In this document: in pieces, positions 48,547-62,200 of the stretch
How positions within the stretch are numbered: position 1 is the stretch's first letter
How the letters are laid out: every line of letters begins with the position of its first letter
NCBI GenBank assembly: GCA_010909165.1
Contig: VJWM01000226.1
Span: 186,001 to 250,000 of the forward strand
Reading direction: 5' to 3'
Source of the DNA: Anthoceros angustus
Taxonomy: Eukaryota; Plantae; Anthocerotophyta
Length of the DNA stretch: 64,000 nt
Notes under the pieces: model-generated
Seen by the model: only the letters and a program-made list of their open reading frames with translations
Database searches by the model: none
What the model was told of the DNA's origin: nothing
Made by a program: the position numbers and the translations under genes

Positions 48547-50388
48547 TCAGCTCTTAGGCACTTCCTGGACTTGGAGTGATACCATTTCCCCTTCAGCAAA
48601 CGCCTGATCCAACTTCACAAATCCAGACTGCCACCATCTCAACTTTTCTGGCCACCACCTACAAAACAGATACACTCGATCACACACAGGCATCGAGGAG
48701 CTATGGCACCACCTTGTCATCCACCAGAACCAGAACAGGAGCTCACAGGTCAAATTTTTCTTGCAGGGTGCGCCTAACAGATGCATTCAACCCATACGCT
48801 ATAGAGTTGAAGAGCCCCTGCAATCAGACAGATGTAAGAGGCTATCGTACAGGATCAGAGACTGAAAATCACCCCAAAACAGGAAGCCCTTACCATGAGA
48901 GCTGCAGTGCCAATGTGAAGGCAATACAGCCAGAACAGCCGTTGATGTGGTTTCACAAAATCATGAATTCGGTTGATAGTTCCAAATGTCCAGGAGCCTA
49001 TCAGAATCAATGGATAATAGCCCCACCTGTTCATGGCCTGAAAAGATGATAACGAAGTTCACAGTGACAGCTAGATAATGGCAAGTAAAGGCTAAGTAAT
49101 GTTATAAGCAACAACCACACCAAACGGGAGGACAAGGTTTGGCATTGAGTTACCTACCTTCATGTCAGCGCGGACCTCAACCTGTCGCTGCCGTTCAGAC
49201 ATGCCCACTGCCATCTGCAAAAACCAAGTGCTTAAATCAAGCAATATATGACAGATGGAACTAGCGGGCTTGAGCCTGATGACGGAAACAAAAAGCCAGA
49301 TACTTACACGGGTTGCATGATTTATCATGCGAATGACTTGAAAGTAAACTGTTCCATTGAACAGTATAGCTCCCCAGAGAGGTACATAGAATGTGATAAA
49401 CCGCAGCACCTGGTACCAGAGTTTTGATAGTTGGCATCCATTGTTGCGCAGCGAGCCCTAACCACACTGCAATTGAAGAAAACCACAAAGTTTCCGTACC
49501 TTTCCTGTAGTTGTCTCTGTCCTGACCCAGCACCAAGCACCAGCCGGTCCATAGTCATTTGCAATTGATGGTATGATGGTCATGACCAGCGAGGTCACTG
49601 ATAAGAGCACACATCACAATTTCATCATTCGATATCAGAGAGCATCTGCTATGCACGCACACCGAGAGCTCGGAATATGCAAAGTGTCAACTCTCTTTGC
49701 GAGCTGAAATTGAGACATACCCCAGACATACAAGTGATAGATGTGGCCAAGGTCCTCCACATCTGTCTTGTGACGAACAACCGTGCGGTGAAGAGTGAAC
49801 GCTATGGTTGTAGTCCACAGAAAGGACGCCACTGAAAAGAACTGTGTGGTGTAGCCTTGAACAGTGCACAAGAAACCTTCCCCTGGGTCACTGCCATGCT
49901 GCCAATCAGATTCAGCTTGACAGATAATAGAAGATGGCCAATCTTAAGAAAAGTCCACGGCTCTTGAACCTCTACGCTTATGTTTTCCATTCTTGCGGCA
50001 CCTAAGACGAGATGTGCTCACATCTGCGTTTGTCGAAGTTCAAAACCACAAGAAATCATCCACAGACAACCAAAAACCGTGACTATCAGGCTTACCCAAG
50101 CAGATTGAAGAGGCTGGTGAGCATGTCCTGCAAAAGAAAAGTCCAAGGACAGCGATCGGGCTTAGAAAACCCCTGACCAGGTAAGTGCACTTCACCCGAA
50201 TTCCGAGACGAATTCATACCACTTACAGAAAGAGCAAGGTAGAACACCAGCTGGAATGAAAACTTGCGCAACTCCTTGAAACAGATGTAGCAAAGAACAA
50301 TGAAGGCGGATCCGATGAACGACAGCACAGATGCGCCCACATTGATATGCGTTAGTGTTCGGGTCTGAGATTCAGTCAATCCCTCCAT
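48547..50388 (-). CDS. GCR1: G-protein-coupled receptor 1-like 7TM protein (multi-exon)
   Basis: Exons encode INVGASVLSFIGSAFIVLCY..KELRKFSFQLVFYLALS, QGYTTQFFSVASFLWTTTIAFTLHRTVVRHKTDVEDL, FITFYVPLWGAILFNG..YFQVIRM and a C-terminal EMVSL, matching plant GCR1. Confidence 0.92.
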
Positions 50389-51261
50389 CGTCCGTCACTC
50401 GTGCTATCCGTAGCAGGCCACGAGCCCTCTACAGCCCCGCTATGGTAATAAGGACATCCCAGCCGAAAATCGAATTTCCCCCACGCTTCGGAATCCTCGC
50501 AGGCACCATGGATAGGATCAAACTCCGGATCACCTGATAGCTCTCAAGTTGCAATCACCGTTGGTGTTATTGATCTTCACTGATCGTTGTCGCCACAATA
50601 AGTTAGTAGCAGAAAAACAACGTGTCAATCAAGACAGAGGAGGAAGACTCAAAGACCTGTAGGGCACGAACACTCAGGTTCCCATCTAAAACCGGAGAGG
50701 CAACATACAGTAACAACTTGCCACCTGAAGGGCGGAGGAGTCCAACAACGATAGAAGGAACACTCAAAGACCTAGGTCGAAGACGGACTAAGCTGAAGGT
50801 CACCGATCACGCAATTGTGGAAGGCTTCCAATCTAAAACTGGAGTGGCAACAGAACAACCTGCCAGCTGAACGCCGGATGAATTCACCAACATAAGAAAG
50901 CCCCCAAGAGCGAGGGCCGTCACATCGAAAATAACATCCTAGATCTAGTGTCTGAGCTTCCTTCCCAAGTTTCCAAAATTGAGAATTGACACGGTTACTT
51001 CAGGGGAAAGGTCAAGATCTGGCTCTCCCGGGCTTGGACAGAGAGTGGCATTAACTGCATCTCTCTTTGCTTTTGACTAGAACCCTTCCTATTCGAAGCC
51101 AGGTGAAAGCATCTGTACAGCCAAAACGCGGCTACCAATCCAAGATGAGATAGGTCCATGGACGTCATGGATTGCTGAAGGTGCTAACAGACAACATGAT
51201 ATCTCCGGATCGTCATCAGGCATTCAACGTGTTGTGAAAAAACACTTTCAGTATGCTACAT

Positions 51262-52819
51262 TTACAGTACACTGACACCTGGGACATAATCCGTGCTGGT
51301 GGACTCCCATATCACAGTACCGTCACAGGTGCACAGCTTCTTATAGTTTTCTCCTACGCCTGCACTTCTAGCAATAACCGCGGCAGCTATGCCATCTTTA
51401 CTCTTCAGTTGGTCATCGTGAAGGACCAAGGCCCTTCCTATCAAATCCCCTACAATCAGCTGTGCTTTGGTCCCCCGGAAATCAGCTTCTCCACTCGCAT
51501 TGGCCTCTAAAACACCTAAATCGCCCAGCGGCTGCAGCCAAGACATTCTCAGAAAGGCAAGAGATGGGTACGTCACTAACTATATATGGCAGCTGAGGAT
51601 AGAGGAAAGCATACCTCACTACTCTCCGAAGGGTTGTAAACAGGACCGGTAGAGGCAGCCCCTCTCCTCAAGTCACCATAACAGTTGATGGACCAAGCAT
51701 GGAGGCCAGGCGGCAGGCCTGTGAAGGAGGCCTCAATCCTTGCAAGTTCCATACTCACCTGGGCGAACCTTACTACTCCATAGATGACTGGGCCTTTGAA
51801 CTCAGACACTGCAGCAGATAATGCAAACTCTGAAGCAGCCACACAGCATCCGCTATCAGGTGACGGAAAGGGCACGACCCTGTAAAGTGACATCAGGGCC
51901 TGTTGAGCCATTTCTACTTACGCTCTGCGGAGCCTTGGCCTATCAGTCTGGCTTTACGACCTGACTGCTCAAGAGCTGTTGTTAACTCCCTCAAGGATGT
52001 TGAGCCCAACACCTTGACTACCTGATTGGGAAGATCCACATCCACTGACTTCACCCCTAGTACATCAGCAACAATAGAGCAAACCGTGTTAGCACAAAGT
52101 TGGTTTTTCGGGAACAGAAAAGGCATGCCCAGGATTGGGCAGCATGGACACATACCCTCCAATGGCTCCAGCTTGCCTCTAACTGATTTCACACACCCTT
52201 CGCATTTCATGTCGACCATGAACTCAGTCTGCAAGAAACGGAACACAAGCACGAGGCACAGGTTAATTCCATGCCACATGCATGGAACATGAAAGCGTGC
52301 AGACCAGAAAATGCTCACCAGGAGCTCCGGCAAAAACGCACCGTTGCCCTGCTGTGAAGCACACTATAGTCAGCCTTCGCGATTCCCAGCAGCACCTAGA
52401 AATCCATCACCTACAGTGAGCCAAGGGCAGGCGCTGAAGCCAGGTTTTCAATACCTGCGAGGTGGATGTGTCCCCTTGCGTCTCCACAGCCATGTCTTCC
52501 GCCAAGGCGCACCGCAGCACAGGCCACAGCGAGCACGCTCTCGAACCCCTACTGCCACCCAACCTCAAGCTGGACCACCCCAATCCCAGCCCACGCCTGC
52601 AGCCACCTGTCCGTGGTGAATCCCCTTCCCGTCTCACAGCATGTTCAGCGCCTCGGGCTGGCTGAACATTCGGCGAGATGCCAGACACGGCAAGGCCAGA
52701 CTGTGAGGGGGAAAAACTTACTGGAGGTGCACTGAGGAGCAGGTATCTGCAGAGCAGCAGGCGACGGCGGCCACAGCAACAGGCAGCACAGGCCGGCCCA
52801 GGAATCTTAATGCTGCCAT
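51262..52819 (-). CDS. CCS: Copper chaperone for Cu/Zn superoxide dismutase (multi-exon; 5' exon structure uncertain)
   Basis: PELL|TEFMVDMKCEGCV (HMA domain), GVVRFAQVSMELARIEA, PLGDLGVLEA..DLIGRA and RSAGVGENYKKLCTCDGTVIWE (CxC motif). Confidence 0.93.
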
Positions 52820-53474
52820 GAGGACCCGAAAAACAGCGTGCACCAAGACGCCTGCTTCATAAGGCAGTGAACTTCACCTGCTCGTTACCAGGCACGTCCG
52901 AGTCGAGTACCTGGAAGCTTCGACGTCAACTTCGTAACCCACGAAGGACCGAGCGATCCAACAAGACTGCTTGCTCTTGTGAATTCAGCTGCCACATGCA
53001 AATGCCGTGCACAAGATAAACGTCACAATTGAATTGAAAGGCCCTTATTGTTGGTGGCTGACTGTCGGGGGCACAAAGGAGGTCACAGGACTCGAGATTT
53101 CACGCCAAAGCAGCACAAATACTTTTATACAGAAACAAATGAGGTACATAGGGCTCCCCGGGGAATACTGGAGATGAAGGTGCCATGCCATCAGAAAGGC
53201 CTCTTGTTGAGAGTCACATGTACAAGATTGGCCAATGATGACAAGACAAGTCGGGAGTGGCGAGATGAGCCACCATCAGGTTGTGACAACGACTGACGGT
53301 GACCCAACAAAGCACTTTACATGACCCCAGAAGATGAGAGCTGGGGCACCAGCACCTGCTACAATCTTCGGCAAGATGGAAGCCCAATACAAGTAGAATA
53401 TTGGTAGGGTGGTGAAGAAAAATGGATATTACGTCAGAGAAAAGATGATCACACCAGGAGCCGCCCCGCCCGCC

Positions 53475-53912
53475 CTAACGGACAGGATGGCTGTCATAGT
53501 CCAGGACTTCTGTCTCGGTGATGGACCTGGAAAAGCGTACGATAGCCCGACCCATGGAGTTGATCCAGTCTTCCTTCTCCTTTTCCGTGTCAGCTATGAA
53601 GTACATGGTCTCCTTACTTGTGGAAAGCTCAAAGGCGTTCTGCTTGTTCAACACATCTTCAGCACCCTTAATGGTGAGGCAGCTGCCCATGTTGATGACA
53701 CCCCTGGGCTTGGAGTTCCTGGACAGAATTCTGTCTTTAAACCAGAAAACCTTGCCCCCCTTCAAAACAAACCACCGCCTGCGCCATGTCTTAATGTACT
53801 CCCCCTGCTTGGTGAGCCAGCCTTCACGGTCCGCATCATGCCAGAACTCCACCTCGACAGGCGGCTCCTCCTTCTTTCCTCTGAAAAAGCTCGCTGCTGC
53901 TGCTGCTGCCAT
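53475..53912 (-). CDS. PH1: Pleckstrin-homology domain protein (AtPH1-like), single exon
   Basis: EFW..REGWLTKQGEYIKTWRRRWFVLK..PRGVI..CLTIKGAEDVLNK..AFELS..YFIADTEKEKEDWINSMGR..EVLDYD. Confidence 0.9.
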   Translation of the reverse strand: MAAAAAASFFRGKKEEPPVEVEFWHDADREGWLTKQGEYIKTWRRRWFVLKGGKVFWFKDRILSRNSKPRGVINMGSCLTIKGAEDVLNKQNAFELSTSKETMYFIADTEKEKEDWINSMGRAIVRFSRSITETEVLDYDSHPVR

Positions 53913-56810
53913 GGACGACCTTCCGGTTGCCAGCAGCTAACATCCACTGACATGCACACAAAATCCAATCCGGTTAGCCGGCAGTTTGCCCAGGCATCAT
54001 GCTGTTCCGGTTTCCACGCTACACGCACACAAAACTGCCGTCAAAGCAACCCTGTGCAATCATCCACTTTCCTCCTCCTGTCCCTCAAGCTGCCACGCTC
54101 TACAAATCCCGAAACACCAAACTCCAACACGTACCTACTGCTGCTCCCCAGCTGAGCGCTTCTGGTTGCAGGAAGAATCAAAGGTGCTGGAAGCTGGGAG
54201 ATGCCACCGAGGTACTCGCCGAAGCCATGCTCATCACGATCTCCGGAACGCGGGCAGGATCCGGGCCGATGTTCCATCGCTACTCGGCCAAAACCGCAGC
54301 CCGCATCGCAGCACATGCAACGGCACCAGCTCGCAGGCCTGCAGGAGAGTGCTTGGGCGAGAGGAACCCTTGCTGGCTTTGCCTCGTTTCGACAGATGAT
54401 GTAGAATTTTAGGTAGGTCGGAATTTAAATGCATTAAATTCTAATTATGCGATCAGCCGCGGTGAGAGCTGACTAAGTAAATAGGGATGTGCCTATTTGG
54501 ACGAAAACCGATCGATGAGAAACTTGGGAGTGCCAACGTCCAATGACAAGTTCTGTTCCAAGAATCCAAAGGGGTTATGGAGTCGCCCATGGGAGGAGCA
54601 GTGGACATCGGCTGACGGCAGGGCAAGGATGGTGGCAGGGAAGGGAGTTGGGGCTGGCACAGCAGACTTCCAATTTCCCTGGAGCGTTTGCCTCCGGTGT
54701 GGCAAGAAGTGACGAGATGAGTTGGTTCTCGAATGTCGGTAAGCGTGGTGGGTTGTCACCATGTAAATGCCGAATTTTAGGGATTTGAAGGGTAGTGGTA
54801 ATCAGCGGCTTTTCTTTTCTGTTCTTTTCTCTTGTTGTTGGGCAGGTTTGGGCAAAGCAGAGGGCAAACCTGGTTTTGATAGAAAGGCATCACTTGGTCC
54901 GTGCCAGCTGGTGGCAGTACTCCGTTTTACTCCATCCCTGTTTGAGAGGCACGGGGATGAGAGCTAATTTCAGGGCAGCCTTCAACCTACGCTTGACATC
55001 CTCGGCGGTGTCCGTGCCGAGTTTGACGAGGCCAGGAGTGAAAAAGGTCAGTAGGGTGCGAGGTGATACACATGTGAGTTACTGTTTTAGGCGAGGGGAG
55101 TGATTCGTTTGTGCGCGGTACGCAACGCACTACGTGGTGGTATGCTCGAGCCGTTTTGCTCACATCCAGCCACTTGGTGTTGCAGATCCTGAGAGGTTGG
55201 TGGTAGAATTGGTGGTTTATTAGCCGCGGAATGCCAAGAAAAAAAATCTCAAAATCCTGAGAAAATCACCCTTTGTGGCAGTTACGTATTAGGTGACGGG
55301 GCCAGGAAACTGAACAAGTGCCTGCACAAACCAGCATTTACTTTTCCTTCAAAACCAGCCTTTTTTGGTATCCCTGCAGTTACAAGCAAGCAGGCATCGT
55401 GAAAACGGTGGGAGTGGTGGGAGCAGCGCTTGCGCTTGCGGTGGCAAAGATAGGTCAGAAAACCATGGGCGATGGAGTCGGAGTCGGAGTCGGAGTCGGA
55501 GACGGAGGCCGAGGCGAGACCTAGTCCGAGTTGGGCTAGGGGATGCAGGTCTCACCAGGGACAGGCGCACTCTGGCGGCGCAACTGGACGAAGAAGTCTT
55601 TATGGTAGCCTAGCCTGCACAGAAACCTCGGGCTCGCCCTTGGGGTGCCACTGTGCACAGTCGTCTCGGCCTGCGTCGCTGGCACTGTACGTGTTAGGTC
55701 AAAGCCTTCTTCCGCATACCTACAAATGTACGGGATTGTATGTAGTCCAATCCAGCGTCCAGCGTGCAGCGTGCATGACACGATGTGCAATCGCGGCAGA
55801 GGGAAAGGGAAAGGGAAAGGCACAAATCTGAGGCCCCGGCGGCTGGATGGCTGGCTGGCTGGATGCGGGGCGTGAGCCGGAGCAGGAGGGAGGAGTAGTT
55901 CCAGTGCGCGTCACGACTGGATCACAGTGGTAGACCATGCGAGACATGTGCAACTACCGACGGTGTCGGTTTCGCTTCGGCCTTGGGCACCGCAGGCGGT
56001 ATTGTTGGAGCGGTCGCAAGACCCGGGAGGCGTGACGTCCCCCGGTCCCCGGTCGGCGCCCTGGCGTGTGGTCGTGCGCGCGCGGCATATGTACATATGT
56101 ACTTGGTTCAGTGTTTCAGTTTGGTGGCCCCAAAAATGCTGGCGGGTCCCGCCACCGCAATTTGGTGCGCGCGGGCGCGGGGACGCGGGTTTGTGTGCAG
56201 AACGAGTGTATATATTTGGGAGCAGGCTACGGTGCGCGTGAGCGAGTGCTCATCCGGAATCAGGATTCTGTCAGTTGGGTCGGGTTCGGTCCGGATTAGA
56301 TTTTGCCTGGCAGGGGCAGGTGGAGGGCAGGGGCAGGGGCAGGGGCAGGATGCGACGCGATGCGATGCAACCCGTGCGCCTCCAGCTCGAGGTGCAGCTC
56401 CAGGGTCGCCGCCGCTCCTCGCAGCTCGCAAGCGCTGCTGCCGGTGCCAGTGCCAGTATCAGTGCCACTGCCAGTTCCGCTGCCCACTTCTTTCGCTTGT
56501 ACGCATATGCTTGCTGCTCCTCCGAGCGGTGTACATGTGCGCAGTGCTGTGCCCTTCTTCCCCTTCCCCTTCCCCTTCACCTGGTTGTTGCCTTGAGACG
56601 TCTCGGAACACAAATCTCCCATCCTATCTATCTGTCTATCTCTCTATCCCTGTTTGCTATTGGCTCAAGGCTCTCTTCCCCCATCCTGCTTCATGGTGCA
56701 AGGTACCGGTGCGCACTTGCGTGAAGCAACTCCAAGGCAGCTGCGGCTGCGGCAGGCTGTGAATTTGTGTGACTTGCGCGTTTGGTGATCGGTTGGAAGC
56801 AAGCAAGCGC

Positions 56811-58022
56811 ATGGGGCGATCAGCGCGGGCGTCGACGCGGCGGAATAGTTGCAAGCGGGCGGGGTCGATGCGCGGGGCGGGGGGCCCTGACAACGCCAAG
56901 TGCAATTACCGGGGGGTGAGGCAGCGCACCTGGGGGAAGTGGGTGGCGGAGATTCGCGAGCCCAAGCAGCGCACTCGCCTGTGGCTGGGCTCCTTCGCCA
57001 CCGCCGACGAGGCGGCCCTGGCCTACGACCAGGCCGCGCTCAAGCTCTTGGGGCCGCAAGCCCACTTCAACATCCTCTGCGCCAGCCAGGTGATGCAGCT
57101 GCTCGCGGCCGCTGCTGCGCATGCAACGCCGCCGGCTCCACCCTCCGGATCCTGCACCACGTCAACACCTTCCAGTTCCTCCACCTCCACTCCTCCGCCA
57201 ACAACAAGCGCAGCTCGTCCCTCCAGCTCCGCCTCCGGCTCCCCGGGGCCCTCAATGGCAACCACGTCCGATTCGGAATGCTCGGACGGCTACTCCGGAT
57301 CCCTGCAGGCTGCAATTTACCATGCCCATGGGCCATCCTCTCGCCACCACCTCCAGCCCGCAGCCGACTTGGACTCCCCCGGATCCGCCTTCGGATTCCC
57401 CGTTCTGCACAGCCCGCGGGCCTTGGAGCTGAGGGGAGCAGCGGTACCGGTACCGGTACCGGTGCATCACCCGGGCCTGAGCCTGGTGGGATGCGCGAGC
57501 CCCGGGGGATTAATATCGGAAAGCCTCGTGCAGCCGAGCTCGCCATCGGCGCCGGGGGGCCTCGGCCTCGGGGATGAGGATGAGGATGAGGAAGCGCTGT
57601 TCGGCGGATGCGGAGTGGTACCAGTGATGGAGTCGCAGCAGGCCTGCACCAGCTCCGCCCACTTCCATCCGGACCTGCAGCTCAAGATATCGCACATGGT
57701 GCAGGACGACGTCGACGACACCTTCTTGGAGCAGCTGGGTGAACTGGACGGCGCCGGCTTCCACACCTACGCGTACGGCGACCAACACCCCTTAAGCTTG
57801 CAGCTGCCCAGCCTAACCCTGCCCTCCAGCCTTCCCCTATCCCTGCTCCAGGAGGACCACACTCTCACCTGCTGCACTAGTACTGCTGCTACCCAGGTCG
57901 TGGAGGACTCATCCTTGGACTCTCCCAGCTCCGGAACCATCGCGGCCTCCCAGCTACCTACATCCCCCGTCCCCTACCCCTGCAATTGGACCCTTCCCTT
58001 GCTGGATTTCGACAATTTCTGA
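56811..58022 (+). CDS. AP2/ERF transcription factor, DREB A-2 (DREB2-like)
   Basis: [48 protein letters not shown] carries the DREB2 CMKGKGGPxN-type motif. The C-terminus is acidic and the gene is intronless. Confidence 0.88.
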   Translation: MGRSARASTRRNSCKRAGSMRGAGGPDNAKCNYRGVRQRTWGKWVAEIREPKQRTRLWLGSFATADEAALAYDQAALKLLGPQAHFNILCASQVMQLLAAAAAHATPPAPPSGSCTTSTPSSSSTSTPPPTTSAARPSSSASGSPGPSMATTSDSECSDGYSGSLQAAIYHAHGPSSRHHLQPAADLDSPGSAFGFPVLHSPRALELRGAAVPVPVPVHHPGLSLVGCASPGGLISESLVQPSSPSAPGGLGLGDEDEDEEALFGGCGVVPVMESQQACTSSAHFHPDLQLKISHMVQDDVDDTFLEQLGELDGAGFHTYAYGDQHPLSLQLPSLTLPSSLPLSLLQEDHTLTCCTSTAATQVVEDSSLDSPSSGTIAASQLPTSPVPYPCNWTLPLLDFDNF

Positions 58023-59165
58023 TGGCGAGGCCTACCGCACGCCATGCTGCACATCCCTGCGCCTTTCTCTTCAGCCTCGCGGTCGTGCGTCACATCACCC
58101 AGACCCCAGACTTTGCTTATTTCCACACCTGAGGTACAAGAGCCAAAGGACGCTGCCACGCACATACTTACTTAACACGCTGCAAGCGACTTCAGCGAAC
58201 AAGAGCTCGCGTCTAGCGCTTCAATTCCAATTCGCGGCATCAGCTAGCATTCAAAATGTACTGGCTTTGCTTTGCTCTGCTTTTCTTTGCTTTGCGTTGG
58301 GTTGCGTTGCGTTGCTTTGTGTACATATCACCGGTGTCAGGCACCGCCAATTTTGCCCTCTTCTTGTTACTCTACACTTTACATTGCAACGACTCTTCTC
58401 TTATCTTTCAATTCCATTTCAATGCCGAGTCTAGTGTGCCCTAACTCAGGGACACATGCCATACCGAAAATACAAAATAAAACCTTTTCCGGGCCTTTCC
58501 ATCTGTATCTTGTTTCCAAGTATTCCATGTCTGTAATGTGGGTTCTATCAATCGCTTTGCATTCATACCATGAAAATTTGAAGCAACAAAACACGACGTT
58601 TTTGCATGAAAATAGTTTGGAATGTGTGAAAGGTTAAAAGAGTAGTCTAGACGATTTGGTACCTGTTGTTCACTGTCTCACTGAGGCTAGCAACACCTGA
58701 CTGGCTGAGAGAGCCCTTGAGCCGATCTTTGGGCGTGGCACATAGCCATTTGTCTTTGCGGACAACATAGCAGTGTTGGTTGTCACAGGCAACTGCACCT
58801 GATACATATGCTGCTGCAGGAAGGGAGGGGATCATGATGAGAGCTTCTGCTGCAGGTTTCTATCAGTCCATCAAAACGCTGATTCTTGAGTGTCCTGAGG
58901 CCAGTAGGCTGCAGGTTGCGGAGCTGGGGCTTGGAGAAGTCCTGGCCCGAGTGACCTGCTAGCGCTCTTTCGAGCCATGTCTTTGGAGGAGCTCATACTT
59001 GCCAGCGAATTTTTCGTCAGACACCGATTGGGAGCGCTACTTGAAAACCGTAGCATCACCAAACTCCGAGTAAGGTTCTCGCGGCAGGAATATGCAGGAT
59101 TGCGAGCGACGACGTCGCGGTGGAAGAGTGGAAGAAGAATGGAAGAAAAAAATGGGGTGGAAGGA

Positions 59166-59422
59166 TGTTAGAGATTCAATCATCTGCTACTTACTCTAGT
59201 ATATTAGGATATACTAGGATATTGCACTCTCGAGTCTAGGGCTTACCTCCTCGATAGTTGCCTAGCCTAAGGGCTATATATGTAGCACCTGCACCATATT
59301 GATGTGTACCGTGGAGCCTATCTAAGCCGGTGGTGCTATTGCGTGTGCCATCCATTGCCTCTGCTTGTGTCTGCATGTTGATCACATGTGTTGCCCAGCC
59401 GTGTCTCGAGCTATTTCTTACA
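59166..59422 (+). repeat. LTR copy 1 (TGTTAG...CTTACA) followed by PBS TGGTATCGGGC
   Basis: 257 bp with TG..CA ends. The Met-tRNA-like PBS starts at 59423. Confidence 0.85.
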
Positions 59423-59645
59423 TGGTATCGGGCGGGAACACTAATCGCGAGACTTGATAAGAGAGGACGGAGTTGTGATGGCGATGGGCTCAGTAACCAC
59501 CGCGGCCTTGAGGATGCGGGTGTTTGGAACGGAATTCCATGTATGGAAAAGGTCCATGAAGGTTCTCGGCAGAATATGCGGGATTGCGGCAGCGTCGCGG
59601 TGGAAGAGTGGAAGAAGAATGGAAGAAAAAAATGGGGTGGAAGGA

Positions 59646-59899
59646 TGTTAGAGATTCAATCATCGCTACTCTAGTATATTAGGATATACTAGGATATTGC
59701 ACTCTCGAGTCTAGGGCTTACCTCCTCGATAGTTGCCTAGCCTAAGGGCTATATATGTAGCACCACCACCATATTGATGTGTCTTGTGGAGCCTATCTAA
59801 GCCGGTGGTGCTATTGCGTGTGCCATCCATTGCCTCCCTTGTGTATTAGCTGTGTTGATCACATGTGTTGCCCAGTGTTGTGTCGAGCTAGTTCTTACA
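59646..59899 (+). repeat. LTR copy 2 followed by PBS
   Basis: 254-bp near-identical copy 480 bp downstream. The PBS starts at 59900 and gag follows. Confidence 0.85.
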
Positions 59900-62200
59900 T
59901 GGTATCGGGCGGGAACACTAATCGCGAGACTTGATAAGAGGACGGAGTTGTGATGGCGATGGGCTCAGTAACCACCGCGGCCTTGAGGATGCGGGTGTTT
60001 GGAACGGAATTCCATGTATGGAAAAGGTCCATGAAAGTTCTGCTGATGGCAGAGGATGCGTATGGCATTGCCGAGGGCAAAGAGCCGAAACCGGAAGATG
60101 AGGGGAGAGAGCAGAGAGAATGGATGCGGAGAGACCACAAGGGTACAGCTCTCCTATATATGAATCTCTCTATGGCAGTCCAGCTGAAGGTCGGAGAACC
60201 AGACAAGGGCACGGAGTACATTTGGAATCTTCTCAATGAGAAATATGGCTAGAAGGGAGCAGGTGAAGTATTTCACTTGTTTTGTCGCGTGACGACATTG
60301 AAGTATTCAGACGGAGACGATTTGCGAAAGCACATCGACACCTTTCACGAATGGTTTACAGCGCTAGCATCAGCTAACGAGCGCTTTGCTATCCAGGAGG
60401 ACATACAGAAGATGTTTCTATATCGTTCTATGCCTGAAGCTTGTTCAGGGTTCATAGATTTCCTAATAGCACAAGACACTCTCACATGGGAGGAGGTCAC
60501 CTCTAAGATGTTGGCGAAGGAGACTCGCCAGTTGGACGCAATGGCGGATCTTCAACAGTCCGAGTATGCAATGTTCATCAAGGGAAGGGATGGAACAAGC
60601 GGAACAAGGACAAGGTGGGGAGTCCTCGCAGGATGAAGGACAAGAGAATAGTGAAGAGGGGACAAGGCAAATGCTTCAAGTATGGTCATTATGAGAAGGA
60701 TTGCAAGGATCGAAGACCGCACATCTCACGGAGGGTGAGAGTAAAGGTGAGGTTGCGGAGGCAACGCTCATGAGAAGAAGTATCGCACGCTGCTACAAAG
60801 ACACAAGCAAACGATACCGACGATAGATTACGCATGTACATCCTTTATGGTGAAGGATAAGGAGCTCCTTCAAGACTACGGAGGGAGAAGGCAGTGCGCC
60901 TAGGGAGCGATGAGATAGGCGTCGAGGTGTGGGGAGTCTGAGCTCGGTTGCTCGGCGAGGTCAAGGCAATGGAAGGAGCGCTATTTGTACCGAACCTACA
61001 TAGAAATCTCATGTTTGTGGCACCATTGGCCGTCACGGGTTTGCAGTCCTTTTACGAAGAAGGAAGTTTTGTTTACGAAGAATGGTCGGATGCAGCGATG
61101 TGGTGGCAAAAGGCCACCGTCTGAGAACTTGCGGATGGAGGTTCACGATGACCAAGAGGTTACGGCGATCGAGAAAGGTGGAAATGCCTTCATGGCATAG
61201 GCGGTTTGGGCATACCAACTTGAAGTTTCTCACGGAGATGGCGGAAGAAGCTCGTGATGCATGGAGCTCGAGGCGAGAACTTAGTGCATGGCGCTTGTAT
61301 GAAAGGCAAGCATCCCGAAGGTCTTATGTTTCGATCCACGAGAGCAAAGAAGTCTTGGAACTTGTCCACTCGATCTTTGCGGACCAATGCAAGTGGAAGC
61401 AAGGATGATACAGGCGAGATACTATATTTCGTTTATCGGCGACTACATGGAGAAACGGTGTACTTCTGGAAGAAGAGTGGCGCTCTCAAGCATTTCGGAT
61501 GTTGAGGCATTGCGGAGAAACAAAGGAAAGAAGTTGAAGAAACTTGAGGCGATGGAGGAGAGTATTTAAGTAAACTCTTCAAGGATGAATGCACGGCCGG
61601 AATTGAGAGGCGATTGTGACAAGGTACGCAGTGAGGATCAGGCGGAAGAATCGTACCATCTGCAATGGCGCTAGGAGTATGCTAGCGGAAGCGAGGATGC
61701 CAAAATATTTTTGGGATCACGGGTGCAGCACGGTACGTCTGAGAATATGTCAATTACCATGGCGCTAGGTGGCTCTATGACACCCCATGAAGCTTGGCTT
61801 GGTGAGAAACCAAATGTCTCACACTTGAGAGTGTTTGGCTGTGTAGCATATGTGCATATTCCTAAGCAACTGCGGAAGAAGTTGGACGATAGAAGCATCA
61901 AGTGCAGCTTCATTGGTTATGCTAATGAGCGAAAGGCTTACAGATTGTGGGATCCCGTCAGCAAGCAGACGTATGAAAGTTCTGATGTCGTGTTCGCTGA
62001 GAACAACATTGGAAGTCATACGGAGAGCACGGATGCTTACACGGACCTCGACTCTGAGTTTATCCTGGACACCTTCCTTGTCCCAGATCCACCAACGACA
62101 GCAGAAGAGGATCACCACACACCGGAGGGTGATGGTGAGGACATCCCAGCAAGCACTACTACAAAAGGAGGCAGAATATGACGAAATTAAAGACAAGGAT
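59646..62200 (+). mobile_element. Ty1/Copia element, degenerate and 3'-truncated (gag, protease and integrase; no RT or 3' LTR)
   Basis: gag ORFs 59950-60252 and 60277-60636, a decayed knuckle, frameshifted integrase and TPHEAWLGEKPNVSHLRVFGCVAYVHIP..KLDDRSIKCSFIGY..YRLWDP (61711-62181). Confidence 0.88.

Noticed and set aside
52701-52721. Apparent 21-nt GT..AG intron in the CCS 5' region
   Set aside because: It is too short, and removing it does not join ATG 52819 to the downstream frame. An indel error or a different splice is more likely.
55472-56350. Hexamer microsatellites (GGAGTC)n, (GGGAAA)n and (GGGGCA)n, and the GC-rich ORFs built on them
   Set aside because: This is ordinary low-complexity sequence upstream of the DREB gene, and the ORFs have no family signature.
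58780-59075. LRR-like peptide fragments (SIKTLILEC, SLEELIL, LENRSITKL)
   Set aside because: They are short, split across frames and not identifiable without a search.
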